This document shows positions 37,516 through 50,900 of a stretch of DNA of 64,000 nucleotides, one piece after another. The number at the start of each line of letters is the position of its first letter. Within the stretch, counting starts at the first letter, position 1. The stretch comes from Podospora anserina (taxonomy: Eukaryota), in NCBI GenBank assembly GCA_017654855.1, contig CM030334.1, forward strand, positions 3,720,001 to 3,784,000, in the 5' to 3' direction. The translations under genes were made by a program, and so were the position numbers. Below the pieces are notes generated by a model. The model searched no databases. It saw nothing but the letters and a program-made list of their open reading frames with translations, and was not told where the DNA came from.

Positions 37516-40500
37516 TTATGGTAGCTCTGCCCGATTCCCGTCTGTTCCCGTCCTCGCTGGGTACAGCGCTTCCGACCCTGCAGCCAGGGTTCCATCGTCT
37601 CTCACGACAGGCCTTGGATAGGGATAATATGTGGATGTCGTCCCACTCATCGCACTGACACCTGATGAGGTGTACGTTGACATGATGCTGCTTGGTAGCG
37701 GGGGCGAAACCCTCATACTGGAAGGGGGTGATACCAATGCGTCCGACGGCGAGGCAGGGCCGCCATAGTTCGATGGGGTGTATCCGCTGTAGTATTGGGA
37801 GTCTGGCGGTGAGATGGGGGCAGGGGTGTATGGGCTCAAATATGATGGCACCAGCCCCTGGGAAGGCGCCGGTGGTCGGTACGGGAGAAATCGATGAAGA
37901 ATGGGGACTTGTTGCTGTTGGTTGCGCGAATCAGTAAGGGGATTAGGCGACGGTTGAAAATACGGCGCTGGACGTGTCGACTCTCGTTCATCGTAGTATT
38001 CTTGGTTCCCCAAGTCGTGTTCTCCGTCTGCGGTTTTGAGGATTTGTGGGATTGCGGGTGGTGGTCTGGAAGGGGAAGGTGGCGGCCTCACTGGTGGCGA
38101 TGGAGACGGGTTTGGCGCAGTTAACCCTTCTCTTTGGTCTACATACTGCTCGTTTGTCCTGCTGCGCGTGTCGTCGGGCAGTTCGGTCACATTTCCTTGT
38201 CCGACATTGAGAGGCATGGCTGAGCTAGCGAGATATGTTACGCGCTGATACTCAGCATTCTCTGTATCGATAGCCATGGTGAGCAGATCCAAGATGCGTT
38301 TGCGCTGCTCGGCGGTGGCGGTCGAAGCAAAGGAGAAACTGGAAAGCGTGCCGAGATTGGTGGCTCGCGCTCCATTTCCAAGCAGGCTGGCGACAGCCTG
38401 GGAATGGCCTGCAAAAGCTGCTCGCCTTAGGGGGTCCCAACCTTGTGCATCAACCTCACGCACAGCGCCTCCATGTTGAAGCAGCGCCTGTATCACTTGG
38501 ACGTGGCCACCACTGGCTGCCAGACACATCGGTGCATCCGTAGCCCCCTTGACCATGGCGCCACTGGTGAGTAGGAAGTTGGCAATCTCTGCATGCCCGT
38601 CTTGACACGCGATGGCGAGAGGTCTGATCGCCTTGTTGTCTAACGAGTCGACATGAGCACCACGGGCGACCAGGGCCCTGGCTGTCCTGAGGTTTCCCGT
38701 GCGGACAGCAATGTGCAATGGTGTTTCGCCGGTCATGTTCTGCACATTACAGCCTGCCCCTGCGTTGAGAAGGAGCGCTACTTCACTGTGTGTTGCATAC
38801 TGACATGCATAATGTAGGGGTCGATTGCCCTCAAGGCACTCAGCTTCGAGGGATGCCCCTGCCCTGACCAGCTTCTCAATGACCCCGAAGCTCCTGCCCA
38901 TAGCGGCAACATGAAGCGGGGAGCGGCCGTTAATGCTTCGAGCATCTAGCTCCGTCTTCTTATTAGCGATCAGAAGTCCGACCGCCTCTTCGTGACTGTT
39001 GTAGCTAGCCCAGTGCAACGGGGTGAAGTCACCAGCACTTCGTGTCCTCGGGGATGCCTTGTGCTGGAGAAGCAAATCCATCACGGTCTTGAGGCCTGCT
39101 CTTGCGGCTGTTGCAAGAGGCGTGAGGCTCTCCTCTTCCTGGGCCTCGAGGTCGGCTTTGGCGTTGAGAAGAGTCCCAACCACAGCGATACGGCCAGAGA
39201 TGCATGCAGAATGAAGTGGAGTTCTCATATGTGAGTCTTTCGCATCCTTGTTGGCGCCTAGTTGGAGCAGAAGTTTGGCAATCTCATCATCACCCGCCTC
39301 GCTGGCTGCATGAAGTGGTGTTTTTTGGGCCTCATCACGAGAGTCGACCATGGCTCGCAGCTTGGCCAGGAAGCGAATGGCATCGAGCTGCCCATGATCG
39401 CAGGCAATCCTCAGGGGCGTTTTTCCGTGGGGGCCACGGACATTAATGTCCGCCTCTCGGTCAAGAAGCGTCGCCATGACGTGGCAATGGCCATTAGCAG
39501 CTGCCAGATGGAGGGGCGAAAGCTTTCGTTTGTCCTCGGAGTGTATGTTGGCCCCTTCTGCAATCAACAGCTCGACAACATCGTTGTGGCCGCAGTGACA
39601 GGCGACGGCGAGAGGGGTTCTTCCGGTTCCCTTGTGAGGGTGGTCCAGATCCGCCCTCCTCCGAATCAGCGAGGTCATTTCCACATGGTCACCCCGTTGA
39701 GCCGCAACAATCGGCTTCGGTGGTGGATGGTTACCGTCGGACTGGAGGTACATATCTGTGGCTACGAGCTCGCCGGGGAATCGGATACTTAATTGAGACT
39801 TTGGCGACATTGTCGCGGCCTCCTTGTTAGCGCGGGAGCTGCTGCTACTTGATAGTCTTAATCGACCAAATCGCTGGCGAATGGTGGAAGGTGGTGACTT
39901 GGACAGAGTCTCGGCCGACAGTGATGTGGTAGAAGAGACGGCTTTCCCAAGGGAGAAGAAGCCGCTCGTGTTGGAGCTCTTGTCGCTAGCAGGGGACACC
40001 GGCGAGGAAGCTGGACTGTATGGCAACATCTCGAATGGCATGGGCCGTTGCCACGTGGGGTCTCGGGAATCCGGGTAACTGTTCTCATGGCTGCGACTCG
40101 GGGGTCTGACGTGGATGCCGAACAGGGGAACAGTGTCGGGAGTGCTTTCTGGGAAGCTATCAATCCTGCCCAACCTTAAGGATGGCACGGGTGCCGCTTC
40201 GGTTCCGGCAATAGTTGAGCGTTCGGTATCCCTGACTGTGGACTGCTCTCGGACCGTGCTGGTGTCTTCGCGGATCTGTTGGAAAATCTGGCGCGCCGCG
40301 GTTTGTCGGAGGAGGCTATTTTGTTCTGAGAGGCTCTGGCTGTGGCATCGTCCGTCAGCTTGTGTCAGTATGCGGCGCGCAATTGAAACCGAAAGGCCTA
40401 CCAGTATGCTGCATTGAGGAGTACCTGAAGCGCCAAGATTTGTGAATCAAGACGCTGTTCGTGTTCCTTGATCGTCGAGTCGATGAAGAGCTGTTTGAGG

Positions 40501-40823
40501 CGGGACACAACCGAGTCTCCCAGTAACCCCGCCACGTCCTGGTCCAGCGCTTCGATAAACACCTGGCATCCCTCCATGGCCACCCCCAAGCTATCCCGCA
40601 TCTCGTCACCATTAGGGCTTGTGGATGCATTCAACTCGGCCCAGTCCTTGACCTGCGCCAGCGCGGCCCTCACTGTCGATAACTTTGCGATCAGGAGCTG
40701 GAGCGACCGTGCGCCCTCGGACCATCGCTGCTTCAGGGAATGGAGGTTGGTGGTGACGCGGGTGATGACAGACACAATCTCAGTACATGCCGCAACGGCG
40801 CCAAGAATCGAAAGGGGCTCCAT
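37516..40823 (-). CDS. HeLo-like N-terminal domain plus long ankyrin-repeat protein (~1081 aa, 2 exons)
   Basis: Exon 1 (40823-40402) begins MEPLSILGAVAACTEIV. The GT-AG intron 40401-40340 joins in frame to the 890 aa ORF, which has roughly 14 TPLH-type ankyrin repeats and a Pro/Ser-rich tail. Confidence 0.85.
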
Positions 40824-41728
40824 GGTCGAGCTTTAAAGAACATCGGCAGAAAAGGAGGACCGCACTTAGCAACAAACGAGTGGGAGCGGAGGGGGAAAAG
40901 ACAAGAATCAGGTGGACGAGGCTCGGTGATCATCCATTGGACTCTCCATGGAATTAACCGCCCTCAGCCGCAGCAGCAGAAGGTGGGGTGATAGCGCTGG
41001 GCACGGGATTTGGCAACCACGACATCTGCACTGTGACATTGGGGGTCAGGGGTGCTCAGCCTTGTCTCGGTTCCGTCGGGTTGGCTCACTCTGCAAGGGG
41101 CTCTTGGATCCACTACTTCATACTCTCTGGTTGCCGCCTCGATAGATTGAAAGGACGAGTGTGACCTTTTTCTGAGAGAACAAGAACTGGCATTTGAGAT
41201 ACTAGCCAATGGAATCGCAAGCACAGGATGATGGCTTGAGGTAGGGTGTAGGCAAGGCAGATTTAACATCGGATCAGGAAACTCGGTAAGAGCTGAATGC
41301 ACCAGTTGGGATATGCCGATTACATAGGTACTATCTGTCATACCACACAATTCTTCTTGTTTCCGTTTCCACAGTAATCCTTCTTCGAAAGACAACAATG
41401 CTTATTCTTTATCCCGAACCCCTCTTAATTCTCCTCATAATCATAAAGGCTTCTTCTCATCCTTCACCAACTGTCTTGGACGCTTATAAAGGCCATTGCC
41501 CACTCAGGCTGTCGCCTACCTGCTACCCATCGCCACTAAAACCTGGTCTCTTCAGACGCAGCCCAGGTATTATAAGAAGATTTCCCGTACTTTCTCTTGT
41601 ACAACACCGACAGCTTTAATATGAACTGCAATTAGCCGCACTATCAGTGGAGGAATAATTACTATTTACCTCGTTATCTTCTCTTTCCCTTCAACTCTTC
41701 AACTGCAATTTGAAATCTCCATCCTCTC

Positions 41729-42379
41729 TCATACAACCCCCCTCTCAACCGGCAAACAGTCCCCAATCCCTTCCCCCCTTTCACAACCTGCCGGACACTC
41801 ACCCCCAGCACACTGCCACCCAAACTGCCTCTTACTTTCCTCCCTCCCCACTCCCCCAAGTACCACCTCCGGATCCTTATCCCTCATCCCAACTCCACTC
41901 CCAATAACCTCTTCGCTGCCAATGCCCAACTGTCCCCATCCCAGCTCTATCAGCTCTTTGATGGAAACCCCATAGATATACTCCCTAAGCCCCGCCCACC
42001 TCACCGCAGCAGCACACATAGGGCAGCTTTCCGCGTTGGTGTATAGCGTTAGTTGCTTGAACGCCGCGAGTGACTCGGCGGGTGTCATGTTGTACGCAGA
42101 CGACACAAAAAGTGAGGAGCAATTGCTTATAGCTGCCATCTCGCCGTGAAGAGTTGGATTACCCGTGCGAGAGTTTTGGTTGGCGCCTGTGCAGATCAGA
42201 GTTCCTTGGGGGTTGCCGGTGGTGTGGTTGACGATAACACTGCCAAAGGCGGCGAAGGGGCAGGGATGGGAGAGGGCGAGGGTGTTGGCTTGGTGGATCC
42301 AGTATTCACGGACTGATAGGGGGATGGTATTGTTGTGGCATTTTGGGGGATTGGGTGTTGATATGAACACGGCGTCCAT
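41729..42379 (-). CDS. Cytidine/guanine deaminase-fold (Zn-dependent, TadA-like) protein, native 5' end probably lost
   Basis: PFAAFGSVIV, NPTLHGEMAAI and LYTNAESCPMCAAAVRWAG give the HxE...CxxC motif. A signal-peptide remnant SLVLLLSTATAL lies immediately upstream in frame. Confidence 0.8.
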   Translation of the reverse strand: MDAVFISTPNPPKCHNNTIPLSVREYWIHQANTLALSHPCPFAAFGSVIVNHTTGNPQGTLICTGANQNSRTGNPTLHGEMAAISNCSSLFVSSAYNMTPAESLAAFKQLTLYTNAESCPMCAAAVRWAGLREYIYGVSIKELIELGWGQLGIGSEEVIGSGVGMRDKDPEVVLGGVGREESKRQFGWQCAGGECPAGCERGEGIGDCLPVERGVV

Positions 42380-42419
42380 GAGTGCCGTAGCTGTTGAGAG
42401 AAGCAGCACCAGTGAGGCC

Positions 42420-42725
42420 GACCAGGTTGGTGGTCCCTTGCTCAAACGTCTGGGTAGCCACGAACCCGCCAAACACCAGCGGCACAATAATGAGCACTTC
42501 TGGCTGTGCAATGCTCCCGCGCAGGGTAATGACGACAAGAGCCCCCAAGACGGCGCACTGAAAGCAGATGGTGGTGGTTTGGATCGAGACCGCTTCTTCC
42601 GGGAGCGCGATGCCGGCAACCAAAGTTACAATCCACTGGCAATACGTCCCAGTCCGAGTGCCGATGCCGTACAAGTCCTGTGTGGCTAGGATCTGACAGG
42701 AAATAGAAGTGGAATTATCTCCCAT
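42420..42725 (-). pseudogene. 5' fragment of a fungal membrane protein gene fused out of frame to the deaminase
   Basis: MGDNSTSISCQILATQDLYGIGTRTGTYCQW plus hydrophobic helices resembles the DxYGIGxRxxxYxQW family. The frame runs into unrelated sequence. Confidence 0.55.
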
Positions 42726-42909
42726 AATTATTTTTCGGCGAGTATGAAGTTAGGTAAGGTAGACAGCCCCCTGGTCTTACTACCAAGAAAATAGATCATT
42801 CGAGGGTCATTCGAGGTTCCGTCGCTCTATTATTGACAGGTATTAAGAGACAACTATATTTTAATATTGAAATTGATAAGCACTTTCCGGGAAAAAGCAA
42901 CAGGAGGGG

Positions 42910-44016
42910 TTAACAACTGTGGTTTAAGGGATTTGGGCATGAGTAAAATACGCCTTTTGGCATATTAGCGGGGTTCACTCGACTTTCGGCCCAGTCGGGG
43001 TTGTCTGCAGCGACCTGGCTGAGCCTGTCTTCCCGCCACAACGGGGGCGCTTGCCATCGGCGGGAGGAACCACGTTGCTCAAAGTCGACCAGCACAATGT
43101 TGTCGTTCTCGTCTATGACTATGTTATCGGGCCGTAGAGCCGAATGAAAGGATTTTGCGGGGCCATAGAGATGTCCAAGGGCCAAGATGATTTGCCGGAT
43201 CCATTTTATCTTGGTTTGCAGGAGGAGAGGATGGTAAACGGCCGGCTCGGACTGGTTTGTTGTGAGCCACTCAAGAAGGGATCCGCCAGGCAAATACCTG
43301 AGTATGAAACCGCACACAATTGGTTGCTCAGCACCTGAGACCCGGCGAGTGACAATGTACTGCGGTCGGCTCATGATGTTGGGATGCGGGGGCATCCGCA
43401 GGAGCTCACGCATCTCATGATACATGCTAGCGACGACCCTAATGACACTCTTGAAGATAACCACTTCACCGCTGGGTAGCAAGACTTCTGAGATAGAGTT
43501 GTGGAGGCGACGTCTAGACCGTAGGACGTCGAAATCGATCAGTGGGGGTAGCTCCGAGCTCGCAATGTAGGGCTTCCAGAGCTCCGTTAGCCGTGACATA
43601 GGAAGGTATCGCTTATGGAGTTCGTAGTTGGGCGCAAGCCATATTCCGGCGGCGTCGCCCGTCATACCGTTGGTGTCATCAAGCCGGAATCTCGACCCGA
43701 TAGTCACGCCCTGGAGAACATGCCTAAGGTCCAACCTCATGCTCCATTTATTGAGACGAGACAAAATGTCTTTGGCAATCTCTCGTATCTCTCTTTCCTC
43801 GATGCCCGAGTTTTTGCTATCCGATGCCGTGGTCAGAGTCCGGGCGTAGTGGCTGTTTGGCTCTAGATAGCATGTTAGGTGGTAGGCCGGGTACTGGAGC
43901 CTGCTTTGCACTGGCGAAACATAAATATTGGGGACGACGTCAGTGTCGAACTTTTCGAGCCACCAACTACTCAATGGAGACTTAGAGACGTCACGAAGGA
44001 TTGCATCCACTGTCAT
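42910..44016 (-). pseudogene. Protein-kinase-like gene, truncated, catalytic Asp replaced
   Basis: Motifs VIFKS, YHEMRELL, HPNI, FHSALRPDNIV and VLVDFEQRG. The ORF ends before a complete C-lobe. Confidence 0.65.
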
Positions 44017-44937
44017 GGCGACGGTCTTCGTGCGCGAGGAAGAGGCAGTGAAGAGGATATTTTTTTGTCCGATAGTAGGTGATAGTGGTTGGGTGGTGGA
44101 AGCAGTGGAGATGATTTATTCGTTGGAGAAGCGGAGTCGAAGGGAAGTTTTATAGAGGCCACGGCAGCTCTCATGTCAACCCACTGGCAAGCCATAACCT
44201 CACCATTGTTTGACAATAGATATACCTTGACGTATCCATAGTTTGCTGCTACTGGAAACGATAGGCTAATTTCCAACGCCACAGTCACATTTTCTTTCGG
44301 ATAATACTGAAAATAACATGAACAGTAAGGAGGGTAGGGTGCGACTTGTTATTGCGACACCCCATAAGCGAGTCCGGAAACAGCAAAATATTTCCCTCGA
44401 TTGGAGAGAACACACCTCGGGCAGCTGTATTAGAAACGCCACACGGGAGGGAGCGGCTGCATCCCGCAGGGTAAATCCTGATGACCAAATCTCCAAACAA
44501 GGACACCAGGAATATCAGGTAATTCAAAAGTCTGGCTTTCAGTGTTCCAGTCTTGCGCAAAAGATAGGCTCATCAGGCATCTTTTGCCTTCGATGCAGTG
44601 AGGCCCGCCGCCAACACAGCCCGAGACGCAGCACAACAAGCAATGTGATTCGTTGTGTTCAAATGGCGGTCGTCCTCGTTGGCCAAAGTGAGGCTTTGCG
44701 GGGCCGTTGACCGGGTCGCACAAAGCGGGATACAGCAAGTGGCATCATGGACCTATGAAAACAGGCATGCTATCCGTGTGCAAACAGAAGGGTATGCCTC
44801 CGGGTTTGAGGAGGAAGGAGGACGACGGGGCTTTTGATATCTTAGGGTAACCCCTTGAACATGACTGTGATCTTTTCTCCCAAAGTTCTGCACACAACTC
44901 TATCCATCCTCTTCATCCCACCTTTGTTGAATCAACC

Positions 44938-47900
44938 ATGGCGTCAACCGACAACTCAGTAAGAGCCAATCGCCTGCGCACGCTCTTTCGAGAGACCGTT
45001 GCTGGGACTCGACCTATCAGGACTCCCCAGAGTGCCCAGCTATTCCTCGAGGCCGTTCGAGGTCAAGAGAACCCCAGTGCTTGCGTCGAAACTATCGTTG
45101 GGAGCACTGCCGGTGTTGACTCTGTCAGGGACTCGGTCCGAGCCGATTTGTCGTTGCGCTTCATGATTGCCAGTACGCTTCCATTCCTGCAGTACCTGTC
45201 CCATCCTGGCATCAAAGTTCTAGCCGACGGGCAGCTGTTGCGGCACGTCCTTTTGGCCATTGCGCAGCCTCCGACCGTATGGAATGCTCTGGTCAAGTTC
45301 TTCAAAAACCACGAGATCCCTGATGCCAGTCTCTGCGGCTTCGCTTGGCTGGCTCTTGAGCTTGCGCTTCTCCCACCCACCACCAACGTGAATGTGATTG
45401 ATGATGTGAGGGCCATCTCTGAATCCAAGGGACTCCTCAAGTCAGAGGGCCATGTGACGCGCGAGTATGGCTACCTGATTCAAAAGGTGTTGCGCATTCG
45501 GGGCTCGCCTGAGGAAGGTCTTGTCGGGAATGCGGGACCCGGAGGGCGACACGACAATGACCTGGCCGACTTTCGAAGAATTAGCATCTATCCCACGACT
45601 GACGAGTTCCTGTCGACTCAGCTCCCGTTCTACCAGACGGCGGTTGATGTGCGCGAGACTGACCTGGAGAAGCGACCGAGTGTACATCTCGACAACCAGT
45701 TTCGCCTGCTGCGAGAGGACATGCTGGCCGAGCTGAGGGAAGACCTGCAGGTGGCCATGGGCAGCAAAAAGGGCGGCAACAATCGGAGGTCGTTCATGCT
45801 CGGCCGACTGGATCCAGTGGGAATTGACGTGGGCAACTTGCAGCCGAAGGGAAAAGCCAAACCATGCACCCTTTTGATCAGGTGCTTTGAAGGGTTGCAC
45901 TTTCTCGAAAAGATGAAGCCCGAGGAGCGGAAGAAGTACCTCAAGGACGAAACAAATCTCCTCCGCCACCAAGCATTTGGTGTCCTCTGTCGCGACAAGG
46001 AGATCTTTGGCTTTGCTTTTGTCGACCGCGACGTCGACAACCTCGCCAAGTCACCTCCCATCGTTTCACTGCAGTTTACCGACGAAAATGGTCTTCGCAA
46101 TGCCATCCTCGCTCTCACCCTGCCCAGACGCGAGTTTGTGCAGTTCATCTTGGTCGGCACCCCAGTCTTTGCCTACGAACCCGTTCTGTTGGGCCTCCAA
46201 CGATCCGCCGACATGCCTCTCATGGACCTGCTGGTCAACCCCGCGCTCATAGCAGCATCTGACTTCAGCATCCCCCCCAAGCTACGGCCTTTGGTGGCCC
46301 AGCTTGTTGAGGACAGTAGACATCTCGCCGGCGAGGGCACTGTGGACCTTGACACCCCAACCGGCACCATCTCGATTGACAAGTCCCAGCTGGTGGCCCT
46401 CATGACCTCTTTGACCAAGCCTGTGAGTCTCGTGCAAGGCCCTCCAGGTACAGGAAAATCCTTCATCGGCGCTCAGATTGCCCGTTGTTTGCACAAGGCG
46501 GGCTTGAGGATTCTCGTTCTCAGCTACACAAATCATGCCCTGGACCAGTTCATGGAGGATCTTCTCGATGTTGGAATTCCTGACACCGCCATGGTCCGTA
46601 TCGGCTCCAAGGCGAAGTGCACAGACAGGACCAGCGCCCTTCTTCTTTCTGCGCAACAGGGCAGTTATAGACGCAGCCGGGATGGTTGGGCTATTGTCGA
46701 CGATCTCAGGCAAAAAGCAGCCAAGCTGGCCACAGAACTCCAGCAAATGCTACAGAGTTATTTACATTCACCATTTCGTTGGCAGGAGATTTCAGAATAC
46801 CTAGAGTTTTCGGATCCGGATGCCCACTTCTTGCAGGCTCTTCAAGTTCCCGAGGGCGAAGATGGGTGGCGGCGGACCGGCCAAAAAGGCAAGGAAATCG
46901 AGGAAGACTATCTGTTCAAGCTGTGGATGGCTGGCCAAGGCCCTGGCATCTTCAAGAATAACATCCCCAACATTTCCCGTGGAGTCTGGAAGATGCCTCA
47001 CCCGATCCGACTGAGCCATATTGAGAGATGGACCAAGGCCATGGCTGAAGAACGACTACACACGTTGCAGGAGGTAGCACGCCAGTATGGAGATCTTCAG
47101 AGAGACTTGGAGATCCAGTTCAGTCAGTCTGATAACCAGATCGTGCGTCAAAAAAGCATCATCGGTTGCACCACTACCGGCGCTGCCAAACATATTCGTT
47201 TGATCCGTGCTGCTAAACCAGATGTCATTCTGGTGGAAGAGGCCGGAGAGATCCTTGAGAGCCACATTCTGACGGCACTCTCACCCACCGTCAAGCAGCT
47301 TGTTCTCATCGGTGATCACAAGCAGCTGCGGCCCAAGATCAACAACTATGCATTATCAGTTGAGAGAGGTGACGGATTCGACCTGAATCGATCTCTTTTT
47401 GAGAGGCTGATCCTTCAGGGAGCCAAGCACGCCACTCTTCAGAAACAGCACCGCATGATTCCAGAGATTTCCTGCTTCGCCCGCGAGCTCACATACCCCG
47501 AGCTTCTCGACGGCCCCAAGACAAGCGGCCGCGAACGCATTCGTGGGTTGCAGAATAGAGTTGTGTTTCTGAGCCACACGAAGCCGGAAGACATCGACAG
47601 AGCGGTCAAGGACCGCCGCGACCCGGGTGCGAAAGAGAGCAAAAAGAACCAGTTTGAAGCCGAGATGGTCTTGCGTTGTGTCAAGTATTTCGGACAGCAG
47701 GGCTACAGCTCCAACCAGATCGTCGTCTTGACTCCCTATCTGGGTCAGCTGCGTGTTTTGCGAGACGTCTTCTCCAAGAACAAGCATGATCTTGAAATTA
47801 GCGAGATGGATAAAGCTGAGTTGATCAGAGCCGGATTGATCTCAGAGGCCGCCGCCAAGGTTGACAAGAAGCCTGTCCGGATATCGACCATTGGTGAGAG

Positions 47901-50900
47901 CATCTTGACATACACCCACAGAAATATTGCAAAAGAGACTAACACTTGACGACCACAGACAACTACCAAGGAGAGGAAAGTGATATCGTTATTGCTTCCC
48001 TCACGCGTAGCAACAGCTCTGGTGATGTCGGTTTCATGTCTGCCCCGGAGAGACTCAACGTTCTGATCACACGAGCCCGCAACTGCCTTGTTCTTATCGG
48101 AAACATGGACACCTTCAAGCAGAGCAAAAAGGGTAGAGCGGCCTGGGCTCCTTTTTTTGAGCTTCTGAACAAGAACGGCAATCTTTACGACGGACTTCCA
48201 GTCCAGTGCGAAAAGCACCCATCGACTCTGGCATTGTTGAAGGAGCCTGTTGATTTTGACAAGTATTGCCCCGACGGGGGGTGCACTGAGCTTTGGTATG
48301 TTGTGGCCCCGAACGTTTCTTTTTTTTCAAAACAGTGGCAGGGCCACTGTTCAGCATATCCTCTTTCCAGCATTGGGGCTTGGCACTCGGTGTAACATTG
48401 TTTTCTTTTCTCTTCTTTTTCTTTTTTCTTTTCCTTTTACTTTTCTTTTTTCTTTTCCTTTCGTGTTTTCTCTTTTCTCCTTTTCCCCCCCTCTTCTTGG
48501 TCTCGTTTTTTGGTCTTTTCCCTTTCTTTTTTTTTTCTTGCGTATTATCATCACCACCATGTTGTGGCCCCTTGGCTTCTAGTCTCTATTGCAGCTCTAT
48601 TATTCTGTTCACAAGGTGCAGGGCTAACTGGATTCTACACAGTGATACACTCCTCAAATGTGGCGTTCACAAATGTCGATCTCGCTGCCACCGCGTTGAC
48701 GACCACTCCAGGACGGAGTGCAATCAACTTATCAGCCGAGTTTGCGCCAGACAGCACAAGGTGAAAGTGCGATGTGGGAGGCAGAATGAGGGATGTGTCA
48801 ACTGGTATGTTTTCTTCCTCCACGCGTCCATTGGTGATTACGTTACGCGTTGGAAACTCCAACTAACACAGTAGCAGCATCAAAGAGGATAAGGAAATGG
48901 AGCGCAAGGCCAAGAGAGATTTGAAGCTGGAGGAAGAACGCAGAGCACGCGAGGAGGAGTACGCACGCACCTTGAAAGAGATCCAAGACGAAATTGAACA
49001 TCAGAGGCGCGTCAACAAGTACCATGCCGAGGAAAGGAACCGGAGCGAGACCATTGAACAGCAAAAGGCAGACCTCGAAGCGTTGAAAGAGGCCGAAATC
49101 AAGCTCCGTCAACAGAACAAGCAACGTGCAGAGGCGCAAGCCCGATCAAAGGATACAGCCACTTCCAAGAGCACCAAGAAAACGTCAGCCAAGTCTTCCG
49201 AGGAGTGGACAAGTGAGTCAAAGGCAGAATGGGAATTTCTGAAGCAGTCGGAGCCAGGGACTTACAGCAAGGCACTTGATGAGCTGATGGCCATGATCGG
49301 GCTGGAGGATGTCAAGCAAGAATTTTTGAACATCAAGTCAAAGGTTGATACGGCCTTGCGGCAAGATGTATCACTGGCCAAGGAGAGATTCAGCTGCTCC
49401 ATGCTGGGGAACCCCGGAACTGGTAAGTCACCCATGCTATCTCACTCTTCGGGTCTAATCTCTCTCTCTCTCTAGGAAAAACCACTGTGGCCCGTCTGTA
49501 CGCAGAGTTTCTCACGGAGCTTTGCGTCATTCCGGGCAACTGTTTCGAGGAGAAGACCGGTGCAGGCCTGGCGAACATTGGTGTTTCTGGTTGTACCAAG
49601 CTGATTGATGGAATCCTCAACACCGGCGGCGGTGTTCTTTTCATTGATGAGGCATACCAACTCACGTCCGGCAATAATCCTGGTGGCGCCGCTGTTCTCG
49701 ACTACCTTCTGGCTGAAGTCGAGAACCAGAGAGGCAAGATTGTCTTTGTCCTGGCTGGTTACAGCAAGCAGATGGAGAGCTTCTTTGCACACAACCCTGG
49801 ACTGCCAAGCCGATTCCCAGTCGATATGACTTTTGCCGATTACACCGATGATGAACTTTTGAGAATACTCGAGCTCAAGATCAACCACAAGTACAACGGT
49901 GCGATGGACTGCGCCGATGGCCTACGTGGGCTCTACTGTCGGATTGTGAGCCGGCGTATCGGGCGAGGACGGGGTAAGGAAGGATTCGGCAACGCGCGCG
50001 CTGTTGAAAACATGCTGGATATCATCTCGAGGCGCCAAGCCAATCGTTTACGACGTGAGAGGAAAAAAGGTGCCAAACCAAACGACCTTTTCTTCACTAA
50101 AGAAGACCTTATCGGTCCGGAGCCTGCGGAGGCTTTGACCAATTGCGCCGCCTGGAAAGAGCTTCAACGGTTGATTGGCCTTCAGTCTGTCAAGGATGCT
50201 GTTCGTTCGCTTGTCGACAGTATTCAACAGAACTATGTGCGAGAACTGGAGGAGAAGCCACCTATCGAATACTCTCTCAACAAGGTTTTTATGGGAAATC
50301 CTGGCACGGGCAAGACGACTGTGGCGAAGTTGTATGGGGCTATTTTGGTGAAACTCGGTTTGCTCTCCAAAGGCGAAGGTATGTATTCTGTCTTTTGGTC
50401 TCTGCGGGCTTGGAATCTTTGAGTAACCACTTCAACTGTTCTGGGCGAGAAGCTAATTGTCAACAGTTGTGGTAAAGAACCCGTCAGACTTTGTTGGAGG
50501 TGCTCTGGGCCAATCAGAACAGCAGACCAAGGGAATTTTGACGGCAACTGTTGGAAAGGTCTTGGTCATTGACGAAGCCTATGGTCTTTACGGAGGAGGC
50601 AGCCACGGCTCAGTCTCGGACCCCTACAAAACCGCTGTCATCGATACCATTGTGGCTGAGGTGCAGAGCGTCCCCGGCGATGACCGCTGCGTCCTGCTTC
50701 TGGGCTACAAGGATCAGATGGAGACAATGTTCCAGAACGTTAACCCTGGACTGAGCCGGCGGTTCCCCATTGCTTCTGGGTTCAACTTTGAGGACTTCTC
50801 GGACGAGGACGTTCGCAAAATCTTTGACCTCAAGCTCAAGAAGGCGGCATACCAAGCCACTCCCCAAGCCGTTGCTGTTGCCATGGAGATGATCAAGAGG

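Noticed and set aside
38180-38225. Possible amyloid signalling motif (NVGQGNV) after the ankyrin repeats
   Set aside because: A single short match in an internal position, with no pseudo-repeat or linked NLR carrying a matching motif.
48250-48874. Phe-rich and Lys-rich ORFs in the track
   Set aside because: Artefacts of the polypyrimidine tract in a helicase-gene intron.
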